From Octopus vulgaris (taxonomy: Eukaryota), in NCBI GenBank assembly GCA_951406725.2, contig OX597817.1, positions 12,028,001 to 12,092,000 of the forward strand: a stretch of 64,000 nucleotides of DNA, read 5' to 3'. The notes under the pieces are model-generated. The model worked only from the letters and a program-made list of their open reading frames with translations. It did no database searches and had not been told where the DNA came from. A program made the translations under genes and the position numbers. Every line of letters begins with the position of its first letter. Positions within the stretch are counted from its first letter, which is position 1. Below, piece by piece: positions 27,274 through 41,913 of this stretch.

Positions 27274-27315
27274 ACACTAGTTTGTGAATCCACCTCTGAT
27301 ACGTGGCACTTGATC

Positions 27316-27362
<47 letters not shown>

Positions 27363-27465
27363 ATGGTGATATATATATAAAGGTATTTACATGTATATAT
27401 ATGTATGTATATACTTATATTTATGTGGATATATACACACACACTACACATATATATACTATTAC

Positions 27466-27496
<31 letters not shown>

Positions 27497-28024
27497 TGTA
27501 TGTATGTATGTATGTACGTATGCATGTATGTATGTATGTATGTGTGCATGAATGTATGTATTCATGTATGTATGTATGTGTGTATGTATGTAAACTTCCC
27601 GAACAGTTTAGTAAGAGATCACACGAAACACTGAATATATCGACGGTCCAGAGGACTAAAGCTGTTAAGTCAAGTTTGTTAATGATTGCATTTCCATTAG
27701 AAGCAGCTCCATCTGGCCATTAAATAAACTAAGTCTTGGGAAATGGTTTCTAGTTCTCTCAGCTGGAGACTTGCCAATTGCTTGGTGTTTATTTAATTTG
27801 TTATCTTTTGTCTCTTTTCTTCCTTCCACATTTATGTACACAAGAACATACATATGTACACGCTTACACGCACTTAGATTTCTCTCTACTCATCACGTAT
27901 TAACTCTCCCTCTACCTTTCTCCCTCCCCTTCTCTCTCTCTCTCTCTCTCTCTCTTTCCCGCTCTTGCTTTTCTTGCTATGTATAAATCTATGTACGTTT
28001 TCCTCCCACACATACATATAATAC

Positions 28025-28099
<75 letters not shown>

Positions 28100-28251
28100 C
28101 ACACATATATATATATTCCTATTCACAGACACTCGCATACAGACGAGTATGTGTATACGTACACGCCTGTATGTACATATATCACATATATATCTACACT
28201 TACGTACCCACACATAATATATATATACGTGCACATACGTACATCAATATG

Positions 28252-28293
<42 letters not shown>

Positions 28294-28326
28294 CACACAT
28301 TCTCATACATACATACATACATACAT

Positions 28327-28357
<31 letters not shown>

Positions 28358-28397
28358 TACATACATACATACATACATACATACATACATACATACA

Positions 28398-28432
<35 letters not shown>

Positions 28433-29860
28433 GCATGCATACATAAACCTTGTTTCGCCCCAACGAGAGAACATATCAAAGATACAGTAATTTTCCATAT
28501 CAACAACTAAATAATTAAATGTGTTCTTCCTTTTATACAACTCTAGTATGTTAATTTTATGGAGATACGGCTAGTATTTTTCGCAGACTGAAAAATTTGA
28601 TATGAGCATATGTATTTATGCCCAGACACACATACACACACAAACACACACACATTCACGCACACTTATATATATGTGTGTGTGTGTGTCTGTATATATA
28701 CATATATACACAAAATACTTACGCAGTATATTTACCCTATATTGATTAGTTGACATGCTATTTTACACCTCTCACCTAAAATCTGCCTTCAGATTAAATA
28801 ACTGAAACTAGACCAATCCAAAAGAGCATGACATAAACCGTAAACCCTCAAGAATTAAAGAATCAAATGCGTGATTTAAGAACCTGCTAAATACTAATAT
28901 AATCTACAGATAAACATCATGAACAAATATCAACACCCAGCATTAACTTTTATAAACATATAAACAGCCACACCTACAAATATATAACTTAGATATGTTT
29001 TGGGCCAAAGATTGGCTAAGATCATGTCTAACTTAAGGCTATCATTTGATTATAGTTCTCAATCACTAGCACCCAATCAATCAGATAACCATAGAAATAT
29101 AATCAACTAACAAATAAAATTAATAAACCCAGGAGCTCTCTCTTTAACTGCTTAACGAACATCAATGAGATTTCGACATCTGTTGACAGGACCACTACTT
29201 TCGTCGGTGTCAAACAGTCTCAGAAACATATAATTTAATGCTTCCAACGAACGCATAGATCTAATAGTTTGCACCTGCAACATAATTATCACAACTTAAC
29301 CTCCTATTATTTAAAACAAATAGCATATACTTACCAGCAACGAAAACTTAATGCCCTAAATACACACATTCAAAATCAGATATGACAATTGAATGAACCA
29401 CAATCTACTATTATGAAAAACGCAACTCAAACATTTTTGATAGCTTATAACATGAATTCGAATCATTAAATAGATAATGTGATAATCCCAATAAAACCAA
29501 CATTTCTGCCTATTAGGAAACCCGTTCAAGCCGTCTATCTCCTACACATGCTACAACAAAAAGTGCTGATGTCAAGCTGAAGACCGCAGAAGTGACAGCA
29601 ATCATCCGATGGGAAGCGTCGATTGACTGCTCAACTCGTATCCAGCCTCTCTCAGCATAACTGTACGAACGAAAGTGTTCTCTTTAGCAAATTCTCTAAT
29701 TTTATATTTCATAAATAACTAACCATTTACTTTATCATATTTAACATCTAAATTTAACTCCGAGCTGTCAACCGAAATTATTTTTTTGTGATTTCAAATA
29801 TCATAATGTACATCTCGAATACTTCTAAGTTTCTTAATTAATCATCTAGTACTATTTCTA

Positions 29861-29912
<52 letters not shown>

Positions 29913-30238
29913 TGTGTCTTTGTTTAATCATTTATTTAAATCTCTAGTACCCTATACTTGCTTCATTTCAAAACGAGCAATCTTAATTCTTTATTATTTA
30001 ATAACGTGTAAGTCTTCGCTATTGATATTCTCACATACATTATAACAAATATAAGAATTTCTACATTCACGCTTACTTAGGCAACTTTCTTTAAATTCCT
30101 TTAAATGTAACATAGCTAATCGTTTATTGTAATTTGATAACAATCTACACATGGTAGGTCTTTATGTGAAATTAATGCATATTTCCTAATCTGTGCTTTC
30201 AACTGTTAAAAGGTTATGTAAATTTTGTATGTATATGC

Positions 30239-30828
30239 AAAAGTGATGCATCCTGGAAGTATGTTCTGGCGGCATTTCAGTCAGCCATTTTAGAGTACCC
30301 ATGCTGATACACAAAATCCGATGCAGTTCCGTCAACGTAAAAGGACCAGTACAAAGTTGCACTTTGTTGTTTTCCAACAGATCAAATCTTTGCAAACTAG
30401 ATCATAGCTAAAAATTCATAAGGCTATGTTCACTAATCTTTAAATATTTGTAAATAGCTAGGTAAGTTAAGGAGCTAGTAACAATATCTTCATTAATTGA
30501 AAAGCTATTCTTTAATTCTAATTCACCTCGTAGTTTCATTATGGCCTGTCGGATCCCTGCAAAATGTATTAGATCACAAACCCCTTATTTTACTTTACAT
30601 TAACTAGGAGTATAAAGCACTTCTCAATGACACGGATAGACGGCAGAAATGGCAGGATGTCAAACTGAGCCCAACAGTATTACATTTCACCCTCTCAGAG
30701 CTCTAAAATCGAATATAGCTGCGGTCGACCTTATCTTTTATCCACACTGAATGGTAAAATAAGCAAGAGACTGGATGGAATGTAATTGTTACGAAAAAAC
30801 AATTACAGGCTGGATGGAATGTAATTGT
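30239..30828 (+). repeat. ~590-bp direct repeat, copy 1
   Basis: Near-identical to 37603-38189. Confidence 0.95.
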
Positions 30829-31997
30829 AAAAGCTTATGTATATTTTAATCCTTCAAGATCGAATTTAAATGTAAATTGCCAATAGATTCGTTAATTACA
30901 AGTATCGTTATAAACATCTTTTAAGTTTCTTAGTTTTATGTTTTGTAAATTTAGCAATACGGCTGCATATACTATCTATTCTCAACTCAGCATTCATTAG
31001 TACAACTGCATTTGCTGGTTATCTTTATCAGATTCTTAAACGAATATTTTCTCAGTATAACTCAACAATCATGGAATTTTCCTTATGTATACAGTTCATT
31101 AAGCTTCTGCTACGTTCTGTTAGCCATCATTGTTCAGTTCTCGTGTTATTTTCCCTCTCTCGTTACGGCTCTTTTCTCTTTTCATAGTCGATTGTGAAAA
31201 ATATATCCCTTCCTATTTCCCCCTTATGCGACGCACAACCACACTCCTTGACCCTATCGTTTAGACCCAACAGGTAGATATTACATAAAACTCTGAGCAG
31301 AGAAATACTCTCTCGCAAGTAACTTCTGTCTAGCTGACTTATTATCGTGAAGGAACACATTCATATAAATACTTCTTCTGCTAAAGAACATCAGGGGAAA
31401 TTTCAATAATGGCATAATGGGGCCAAAAAAGCCACAGAACGGAATATCAGAAATCTGTAGATTAAAGAATCCATTCTTCTTTCCATGAATTCAAATCCCA
31501 CCATTAACAACAGACAAGAGTTGTGTGAGGCTAACTGTTTAATTTAGCACTACCAATTTACAGATAAGGGAACTCTTTACAAATCCCAATATATATGCAG
31601 ATCAAAGCTAAGCTTAGTCACCATTTTAGGCCAACAAGAGGTTTTTTTCGAAAGGGAAAAATATCGTAATATAAGAAAGAATTGTCAATTCTGATTTATT
31701 CTTTGGTTTTGTCAAATTTTCACACCCTTGTTGCCAATTTGCATTGTAGCGGCCTTCGAAAATGTTTTTAATATTCATACACGCATACAAACATGCATAT
31801 GTGTGTGTGTGTGTATACATACATATATACATACATATATATATATATATTATATAAAAGGGCTTAGTAAAATAAATTACTTTGCCGCATACTGAACTCA
31901 TTAGAAATAGCAGCTAAAAAACTTTTTTAAAACTATTTCTAATACTTAAAGAAAACCTCTCTCAGGTTAATTAATTAATTTTACCCTCAATTGTTGA

Positions 31998-32088
<91 letters not shown>

Positions 32089-32153
32089 TGTATGTATGTA
32101 TGTATGTATGAATGCATGCATGTGCGTGTGTATTGTATTAATATGTATACATT

Positions 32154-32191
<38 letters not shown>

Positions 32192-32199
<8 letters not shown>

Positions 32200-32895
32200 A
32201 TACTAGCCATCTCAATATGGCTAACCACTAAGGGTGGGTGTAACTGTAGCTTGTAGCCCCAGGAGAACATCGTCTCCAGCTGGCTTTAGGCACACTTTCT
32301 GTGCTCATATTATATTTGCAAAGGGAGGTCATCCCTCCCTCGTCAACCTAAGTGATACGCACGGACTGCAGTTTCTAGGTATTGACCTGTCGTCGGCGTA
32401 AAGCCAGCTAGAGACGATGTTCTCCTGGGGCTAAAAGCTACAGTAACACCCACCCTAGGTGGTTAGCCATATTGAGATGGCTAGTATACCTCACATTGTC
32501 GTGCAGTTACTGTTTACATCTCGTTCAGAGATTTATTATTACTTGCGTACAGTTTTTCGAGATCAGTGACGAAAAGTTACTGGAAAAACGTTATAAGGAT
32601 TTGCACTGGGACTCCCTTCATCGAAAACCAGTGATTGCCGTTCGCCGACGACAGGTCAATACCTAGGAACTGCAGTCCGTGCGTGTCACTTAGGTTGACG
32701 AGGGAGGGATAACTTCCCTTTGCAAATATCATAAGGGCACAGAAAGTGTGCCTAAAGCCAGTTGGAGACGATGATCTCCTGGGGCTAAAAGCTACAGTAA
32801 GACCCACTCTTAGTGGTTAGCCATATTGAGATGGCAAGTATACCTCACACTGTCGTGCAGTTACTGTTTACATCTCGTTCAGAGATTTATTATTG

Positions 32896-32896
<1 letters not shown>
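32192..32896. mobile_element. Inverted plus partial-tandem repeat unit (pLTR-like architecture) between microsatellites
   Basis: 32192-32398 is the reverse complement of 32643-32850; 32401-32540 is a direct copy of 32754-32894. Confidence 0.75.
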
Positions 32897-33238
<342 letters not shown>

Positions 33239-35752
33239 CACAAAACGTTTCAAAGCTAGAAATCAATTACTAAGTATTATACCAAGTAAAGAAAATTATC
33301 CATTAAGTCAATCAAGCAATATCAATATATGTGATCGCCATAAACGGTGAACCCCAAAATTAATTCAACCATGAAAGATGACTCGGAATAACGAGACACC
33401 AAGATATAAAAATTCACAAACTAGCATATCAGACATGCATTTTCATCATCAGCCGCCAAACGAATATCACTAGTGTTTCGACACCTGGGCAATACCATTC
33501 ACTCTGGCGGTGTCAACAGTGTTAAAATCATGACCGTTGCCTGGGAACTAATACATAAACAGCAGGAGCTAAACATTAGCTCGTTTGTCTACGACGGTTA
33601 AATGCAAATTAACAATGAATGTTGTTATTTGTTTTACGTTCAGTTTGTAAACATTAGAAATAAATACTACGTAGACTTCATGGATAATCTCAAACAACCA
33701 AGTTTTTTGCTTTATGAATTGTTAATACGTATTTTAATGGGACTTGCTATTTATTTTTACTTTATTAATTAACACTTTCGGGTTTGAATTTTTTTATAGG
33801 GGAAAATGTTTTCATGATTTAGAATAACTCATTCGCGTCTTGACAATCAGAATAATACATTACGTGTGAAACTATATAAGTTCAAACCCAGGTAACATAC
33901 TATTCTCCGATTGGGATTTCACTATCGGTATGTAACTGAATCAAAAAGGAAGAGATCGAGGATTTTAAGAACTTTTAGTATTTATCGTCGATTTTGAAGA
34001 GGCATATTTTATAAAAGTTTGAACTCAAAAGCCTCTTTTGATTAATTTTCTTTTAGAAAATATAACCGTATTGACTTTCATTTTAATTGCATACTAGTTT
34101 TGTAATTATAACTAAATATAACTAATCTTAAATCACACATTATTATCGGTGTTGTTTTGAAGACGCAAACAAAAACTGCAAAAATTCAGTCTTAAGCAAG
34201 TATTGGTAAGAACATGTACAGTCAGAACTGGAAGTCAATTTTTGAAGCTATACAGTTGGATACCTGACTCAAATGGAAACATTTATTTCTTCATTGGACT
34301 AAATCTTAGCCAGCTCTTGTACTTGAATACAGACAATTTGTTAAATCCAATGCAAAGAGCTAAAATATGGACATGTGGATGAAACTACTGTACTAAAGGA
34401 ATTAAATTCATTTTAAGGAATTAAATTCATTTCACACCCTGATATTGTGTAGAAGGCAAAGGGATACCACTTCGTTCCAGAATTTGTATTACCTCAAAAA
34501 CGAAAGGTCCCTAATAAAATTAAAATTGGAACTGTAGAAGATATACTTCAATCACAAGATATATTAGTGGGTGGAGACATTTCTTTTACAACAGATCACC
34601 AAAAACATCAGAAATCAGTTTTATTAAGCAAAACTGTAATTCAAATAATTTTTTATCCCAATTCTTTGGTGGTTGAGCTTACAGCTGCTGTGAGACCTCA
34701 GTTGTTTGGCTCACATTATTGACCAATACTTCTCTAAGGGGGAGGTACGGTCCTTTAAGGACGAGGGAAATTTTAATAAATCTTCTGGAGACAACAGGAG
34801 CAATAGGGAATGCATGTGTAGGGAATGGATAAATGCTTATGTACCCTAACTTTTAAGATTAATTTAAATAAAATATTGTGAAACTTATCTGTTAGCCAGA
34901 ATTACACGAACACCAACAATAATAATAAAGTTCGAAATGTGAATAAGTAAATAAACAATACCTAATATATACCACCTTTATCATGTAAATTGTAGATAAT
35001 AAACTAAAGTATAATTTGGAAGATGTCAGAATTTGTGGGTATTGCTAAGCGTGCATTAAATACGACCACTGCAAATGTAGTTTTTTCTTAATGTCCTGAT
35101 TTATGCGTACATATATATGGAAATATAAATGTAGGGTATTCAATTTTGCTGAATCGCAGTCAGGGTACGTTAAAATTGTCAGTAAAAGAAAGTGGGTGAT
35201 AGCTAAAAAAATGTTTGAAAAGCACTGTTACAGACCCTCTGAAATGAAAAAAAAAAAACAGCCGATGGTAAGTACATAATATCAGATATTTGTACAATTT
35301 GCCAACTTTTACTGCTAATTCTTGCAACATCTGCTACTGCTGAACAAACATTTTCTCTACCAAAACGATTAAAGACATGTCTTCGGTCAAGAATAACACA
35401 AGAGTGATTAAATTCTCTTTCGTATGACAAATAACAGACAGAAAAATAAATCTAGTTGCCATTGCTACAAAATTTACTTTAGAATAGGCAAATGTATCGC
35501 GGTAGAAGAATCTGACTTTTTGGATAGTAAAATGAATGAGATAAAAGTATTTTATCATTAAGACTGTTTTTTTCCTCTCTGAGAATGGTAATCTATAATT
35601 AATATTTCATTACAGATAGGCTCTCAATTTTTAGTTAACGCCTTCCAAACTTCTCAATTACAAAGTTATAGAAATTACGGTAACAGAGGAATCATGCATT
35701 TTTTTCCTGCCTCTGATTACAGTTGATGTTATCTTTTAACATTAAAGGATAA

Positions 35753-35937
35753 AGACCCTCTTTGATCATGAATGACCATGGGATTGCACCTAGAAAGTTA
35801 CCCTCCGAGGCACAAGTTTAGGCAAGGTTGTTTATGGAAGACCAGCAGTCACCCATCCTTACCAGCCTCACCTCTCCAAACCACCGATGATATCCAAAGG
35901 AAAGACAAAGGCCGATACAGCTTGGCAGCTGAGTGAA
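35753..35937 (-). mobile_element. 5'-truncated SINE, same tail as 14020-14326
   Basis: Reverse-complement similarity; TSD CTTTTAACATTAA on both sides. Confidence 0.75.
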
Positions 35938-36022
35938 CTTTTAACATTAATTTACAATTAAACATGTTAATTTAAAATTATGGACGTTAGCAAAATTTCG
36001 AACATCACCATATGCTAGTATA

Positions 36023-36416
36023 CTTTTTTACTCTTTTACTTGTTTCAGTCATTTGACTGCGGCCATGCTGGAGCACCGCCTTTAATCGAGCAACTCGATC
36101 CCGGGATTTATTCTTTTGTAAGCCCAGTACTTATTCTATCGGTCTCTTTTGCCGAACCGCTAAGTAACGGGGAAAAAAACACACCAGCATCGGTTGTCAA
36201 GCAATGCTAGGGGGACAAACACAGACACACACACACACTCATATATATATACATATATACGACGGGCTTCTTTCAGTTTCCGTCTACCAAATCCACTCAC
36301 AGGGCGTTGGTCGGCCCGAGGCTATAGTAGAAAACACTTGCCCAAGGTGCCACGCAGTGGGACTGAACCCGGAACCATGTGGTTGGTAAACAAGCTACTT
36401 ACCACACAGCCACTCC
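36023..36416 (-). mobile_element. SINE family A
   Basis: Reverse complement of the 11726 element. Confidence 0.9.
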
Positions 36417-37019
36417 TAACATTAATTTCAAAATTTATCTACGCTTATTTTTCAATCCCAGTTATAATTGCATTAATAAAAGGAATTACTAGCAAATCAG
36501 TTTTCATTTCGTTATTAACCTCATTTACCCTCGCTTTTAAAAATGTTAAAGTGTCCAATCAAATAAATCTGCGAAAGAGAAAAAATATATTTTACCAAAT
36601 CTGTTCGGGTTCCCATATGTTAAGTACGAAATTGTTAAGAAGCAGAGCTTACAACTAGATCAAAGAGAAGTTCATAACACTTAATGGCCAAGTACTTGTT
36701 ACAACAACTTCATAAATCAAGGAGGTTGTGATAAAATATTTCGTGTTTGAATTTCTGTTACAAGATTCTTGATGTGAACTCGCGTGTCGAAAAGATTTTC
36801 AGTATCTCAGGAGGGTGATTACGTCAATAATAAACACACATCAATGCGTTTGTGTCTATCGGAAACGAGAAGAAAACAGATTTAGACAAAGATTTTCAGA
36901 TCCATGGGACAGGGCCACAACCGTTAATGAAAAATATGTGAAATATTTTCTACAACATAGTTTTAAGTCTCTCGACCTAAAATAAGGGATACGAGAAATA
37001 ACTAATATTTTTCAGTTGA

Positions 37020-38473
37020 GACAAGAAGACCACGGACCAAAGAATCAGGGTTATGTACAAATACCATTGAGTGGTGAGATTGGAAAGGTATTTTAGCAGG
37101 TTAGTTTCTACGACAGTGTCTTGGTTTCACGCCAAGCTTTATAAAAGTTTCGCTGTATAGTATTATTACAAACCACCAGCTGGCTTATGGGGTTTAGGAA
37201 TCCCGAGAATTCAACTGGTCGTGCGGCCCAACCAGTATGCGAAAATCTGCTCACATGGCACAGACCACTCTGGATATGAGAGATGATAGATGCCATGCAG
37301 AACACACGAGGCAGCTAAGATACAGAACTAACGGATTTCCTACCAAAACAATTAGGCAAACAAGATAATGTGACAGAAGAAATCTATCATATTCACGTGC
37401 AACTATAAAGCGCTAGGATTATGAATCCACTGCGAATGGGAAGCATATGAGACAGTTATACAAAAAAAACTTATCTTGGGAAATGTAGAAAATGAAACTA
37501 GCTATATTATGAATACTTTTGAAAGAAGTGTGTGATATACTTCAATTCCCGAAAAATATTGTACTACAAGAGTGAAGCGAAATTGTTAAATGTCAGCGTT
37601 GTAAAAGTGATGCATCCTGGGAGTATGTTCTGGCGGCATTTCAGTCAGCCATTTTAGAGTATCCTTGCTGATACACAAAATCCGATGCAGTTCCGTCAAC
37701 GTAAAAGGACCAGTACAAAGTTGCACTTTGTTGTTTTCCAACAGATCAAATCTTTGCAAACTAGATCATAGCTAAAAATTCATAAGACTATGTTCACTAA
37801 TCTTCAAATATTTGTAAATAGTTTGATAAGTTAAGGAGGTAGTAACAATATCTTCATTAATTGAAAAACTATTCTTTAATTCTAATTCACCTCGTAGTTT
37901 CATTATGGCCTGTCAGATCCCTGCAAAATGTATTAGATCACAAACCCGTATTTTACTTTACATTAACTAGGAGTATAAAGCACTTCTCAATGACACGAAT
38001 AGACGGCAGAAATGGCAGGATGTCAGACTGAGCCCAACAGTATTACATTTCACCCTCAGTGCTCTAAAATCGAATATAGCTGCGGTCGACCTTATCTTTT
38101 ATCCACACTGAATGGTAAAATAAGCAAGAGGCTGGATGGAATGTAATTGTTACGAAAGAACAATTACAGGCTGGATGGAATGTAATTGTTACGAAAGAAA
38201 CTGATCTCCACAAAATGGCTTTTTTTTTATAAAATTAATTTAAAAATCACGCCAAACTCAGATGAGAAATGCTGGGGTCAGAGGAAATGTCAAATAAACA
38301 GGACACAACAAAGGTCAAATATGAACACAAATTTTCTTTCATTGGCAAAGAGAGTGAAAAAGGAGAACGCAAGAATATAAACCAAAGAAAGATCGAAACT
38401 AAACTTCTGTATGATGCTAATGAGTGGAAGGTATTAATGAATTTGAAGAGAGTGTTCATGTTCCCAAGCCATA
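37020..38473 (+). pseudogene. HERO-like (REL-endonuclease) non-LTR retrotransposon relic, interrupted
   Basis: Fragments WGLGIP, WEAYETVIQKKLSW..LLKEVCDILQFPKN..KCQRCK, and LLYDANEWKVLMNLKRVFMFPSHI in collinear order. Confidence 0.6.
37603..38189 (+). repeat. ~590-bp direct repeat, copy 2 (inserted in HERO-like relic)
   Basis: Near-identical to 30239-30828. Confidence 0.95.
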
Positions 38474-38975
38474 TCTTTATATATAAAAGAGAGGTTGTGT
38501 GTCTGTCTCCTACGATTTAGATTCCTAACTACTCCCACATTTTGCGCTGCAGTTTAACCAAAACCGGGTATCTTATAGTTGTGATTCATATCGAGCCCTT
38601 CTGGGTATTAGCACGCGTCTACGATGAGTCTACGATTTAAAAAAAAAATTAACAATCATCTTTTTCTATTTTAATGCAATATTTTTCGCTATTATATAAG
38701 GGAAGTAACTCAATAAAAATGTCTACGATGAGTCAGCGATTTAAAAAAAATTTACCATCATTTTTTTTCTATTTTAATGCATTTTTTTCGCTATGATATA
38801 AGGGAAGTAACTCTCTAAAATTGTCTACAATGAGTCAACGATTTTAAAAAAAATTTACCATCATTTTTTTCCATTTTTAATGCATTTTTTTGCTATTTTT
38901 TTGCTATAACTCTCTAAAAATGCTTATATAGTTATTTCCCTTACAAACCCGAGCAACGCCGGGCGTTACTGCTAG
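38474..38975 (+). mobile_element. Non-autonomous Helitron (3 internal ~100-bp units)
   Basis: A|TC...hairpin CCCGAGCAACGCCGGG..CTAG|T. Confidence 0.9.
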
Positions 38976-39149
38976 TTGACAATAAAACAATTTGGCAGCA
39001 TGGCGAAACATAAGAAACGTAAGATGATTGTGTACGATAAGATGAAAGGTAAGATGACTGCATTTCGTAGAAGTAAGATATTGTCCGTTCGTCGCAAATG
39101 TCTTACTGGTTAAGCATTGGACTTAGGATGGACAGCAAAGCAGTGATTT

Positions 39150-39560
39150 GTTTACTTGTTTCACATCGCCTTCAAAGGTTCAATCGAGCAAATTTCCCCC
39201 CCAATACCTATTCCTTGAGTCTTGCACTCATCCTATCGGTCTCCTTTGTCGAATTGCTAAGTTACGAGGACGTAAACAAACCAACACCAATTGCCAAGCA
39301 CTGATGTAGAAGAACAATCACAAAGACACGCATGGGCACATGCAAAATACACATACATACACACATATGCACACACTCACACACACAAATACATGTATAT
39401 GACGTGCTTCTACAGTTTCACAGTTTACGTCTACCAAATTCATTCAGAGCATTAGTCGATCCAGGGCTATAATAAAAGACCTCTGCCCAAAGTGCCTCGC
39501 AATGAGACTAACCCGAAATTACGTAGTTTCAAAGCGAGCTTATTATCTATAAAGTCATAA
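39150..39560 (-). mobile_element. SINE family A, old diverged copy
   Basis: Degenerate match over tail, internal CA tract and head. Confidence 0.65.
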
Positions 39561-39570
39561 ATAAATTAAA

Positions 39571-40079
39571 TAAATGCGCCCTTTTAAATCCTAGCCAGGC
39601 TCATGGGCTCGGTTTCCCGGTTTCAATGGCGTATGAGTTCCCCAGCTGGATAGGACGCCAGTCCATCGCAGCGTTACTCATTTTTGCCAGCTGAGTGGAA
39701 TGAAACAACGTGAAATGAAGTGTTTTGCTCAAGAACACAATATGTCGCCCGGTTCAGGAATCGAAACCACAATCTTACGATCATGATACTGACACCCTAA
39801 CCACTAAGCCACGCAACTCCACTAATAATAAATGCGTCCTTTTAAAGCCTAGCCAGGTTCGTGGGCTCGGTTTCCCGGTTTCCATGGCGTATGTGTTCCC
39901 CAGCTGGACGGGACGCCAGTCCATTGCAGCGTTACTCATTTTTGCCAGCTGAGTGGACCGGAGCAACGTGAAATGAAGTGTTTTGCTCAAGAACACAATG
40001 CGTCGCTCGGTCCAGGAATCGAAACCACAATCTTACGATCATGATACTGACACCCTAACCACTAAGGCATGCGCGTCCA
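39571..40079 (-). mobile_element. Head-to-tail dimer of SINE family C (39571-39820 and 39829-40079)
   Basis: Two near-identical ~250-bp units; single TSD TCTATAAAG(T/C)CATA around the pair. Confidence 0.9.
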
Positions 40080-40436
40080 CTCTATAAAGCCATACTGGTA
40101 AATATTGTACACTCCTCATTGTACAGAAAGTTACATTACATAAGGATTTATCAGGATTCAATTACATACAGTTAGACACAGAGACCACCAATACGTAGTT
40201 TCAAAATGGCCGTCATGACGCCGATGTCGCCTAATAATATAAAGTCAACTGTTGTTAAGTTCAGCGATATGTGATCGGATGGACTCACCATGAGGTAGAT
40301 TAAATCGGCTGCTCCCCTCTTCTAAATTCAGGCCTTGTTAGAGAAAATAAAGATTATTAATGATTATTATTTTTAATAATTATTTGTACTTAATAATTAT
40401 TTTTAATGATACTTCATTATTGTTGTTATAGTCGGA

Positions 40437-40614
<178 letters not shown>

Positions 40615-41117
40615 GAGCAGCAGCAGCCGCAGCAGTAGTGGTTGTGGTGGGGGTGGGGTGGGGTGGGGTGGGGTGGTGGTGGGGGTGGGGGTGTAAAGGC
40701 GCACTTTTGATTCTCTCTTCGAAATATGATCTATTGAAGAATTACCAAATGGAGTTTTCATGTGAGAACTTGTAAAAAAGGATTATAATTGCCTAAAGGA
40801 AAGCTACCCTCGATACCCTGGGGTAGGTAAGAGAAAAACGGATTTTGTTTTTTCAAACTTTTAAAGTTTTATTTACACAGATTACATTTTCACATCCAGT
40901 CTGTCTACTACACATAATTATGCTAATTGACTAAACACTTCAGTTGTGAAAAAAAACTTAATCAAAATTCACTGAATGCACAAGAGGAAGAAAAAATAAA
41001 GAGCTTAGTGGCCAGTTAGTTGAAGAAAATGTCCCAAAAACTCAAATATATTACCCTGAAGATTGAAACAATAATGATAACAATAGAAGTAGCGATTCTT
41101 ATATGAGGTCAAATACT

Positions 41118-41348
41118 TATTTCTTTACTACCCACAAGGGGTTAAACACAGAGAGGACAAACACGGACAGACAAACGGATTAAGTTGATTATATCGACCC
41201 CAGTGCGTAACTGGTACTTAATTTATCGACCCTGAAAGGATGAAAGGCAAAGTCGACCTCGGCGGAATTTGAACTCAGAACGTAACGGCAGACGAAATAC
41301 CGCTAAGCATTTCGCCCGGCGTGCTAACGTTTCTGCCAGCTCGCCGCC
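41118..41348 (-). mobile_element. SINE family B
   Basis: High identity to 25581-25811. Confidence 0.9.
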
Positions 41349-41913
41349 TTAAATAGCAGCTGTGTGAAAGAAAACCATTCCGTATTTCAATAAACCAATG
41401 GAAGTTTTAGATTTATCACAGTTGCAAGAAAAGTCTAAATGGGAGAATTTCGTAAAACTGAACAACATTTCTTATTCACAGGAGTGAATCCAGAAGAGAG
41501 CAAAGAGGAAAATAATACCACTGCTTACGAAAACATGGAAGCGAACTAAATCTTACCTCGCGTCAACTTTTACAACAGACTCTCCTGGACATGTCGGTAG
41601 AGGAACTCTCGATTGAAAACTTACGGCACTGTATGCTGTCACTTTAAAGCTGAAGATGCAGCCAAAACATGGGCCGAAATTGCTAGACATACTACTGGTT
41701 ATACATTTTTACTCCGGTACAGAGGTCGAAGAAACGCAAGAATCACAAGTGATTATTTCAGACATGACATAAATCTATGGCTATCGGTCACTTTTGTGTA
41801 TGCCTTCTTTATTCATACACAGGTACCTAAATATGGCCTCTTGGTCAAGTTACTTCATTTGGATGACATTGTCAAAGTGTGTTTGGTGTTACGGTAAGCT
41901 CACTTATCTTAAA

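Noticed and set aside
28780-29620. A-rich segment possibly a further PLE C-terminal relic
   Set aside because: No clear GIY-YIG motifs are recoverable by eye.
33460-33530. Minus-strand CTGTTGA-CACC..GGTG-TC-GAAAC hammerhead-like motif
   Set aside because: The core A is replaced, and no consistent NUH site with helix I can be drawn.
38610-38890. Regularly spaced repeats suggesting a CRISPR-like array
   Set aside because: These are contiguous ~100-bp tandem units inside a Helitron, with no unique spacers, in a eukaryotic context with no cas genes.
40648-40692. (GGGGT)n potential G-quadruplex
   Set aside because: It is a simple-repeat extension of the AGT tract with no promoter or telomeric context to suggest function.
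41400-41900. Possible L1/Tx1 ORF1 relic (RYRGRRNARI)
   Set aside because: A single weak motif with no zinc knuckle or adjoining ORF2 seen.
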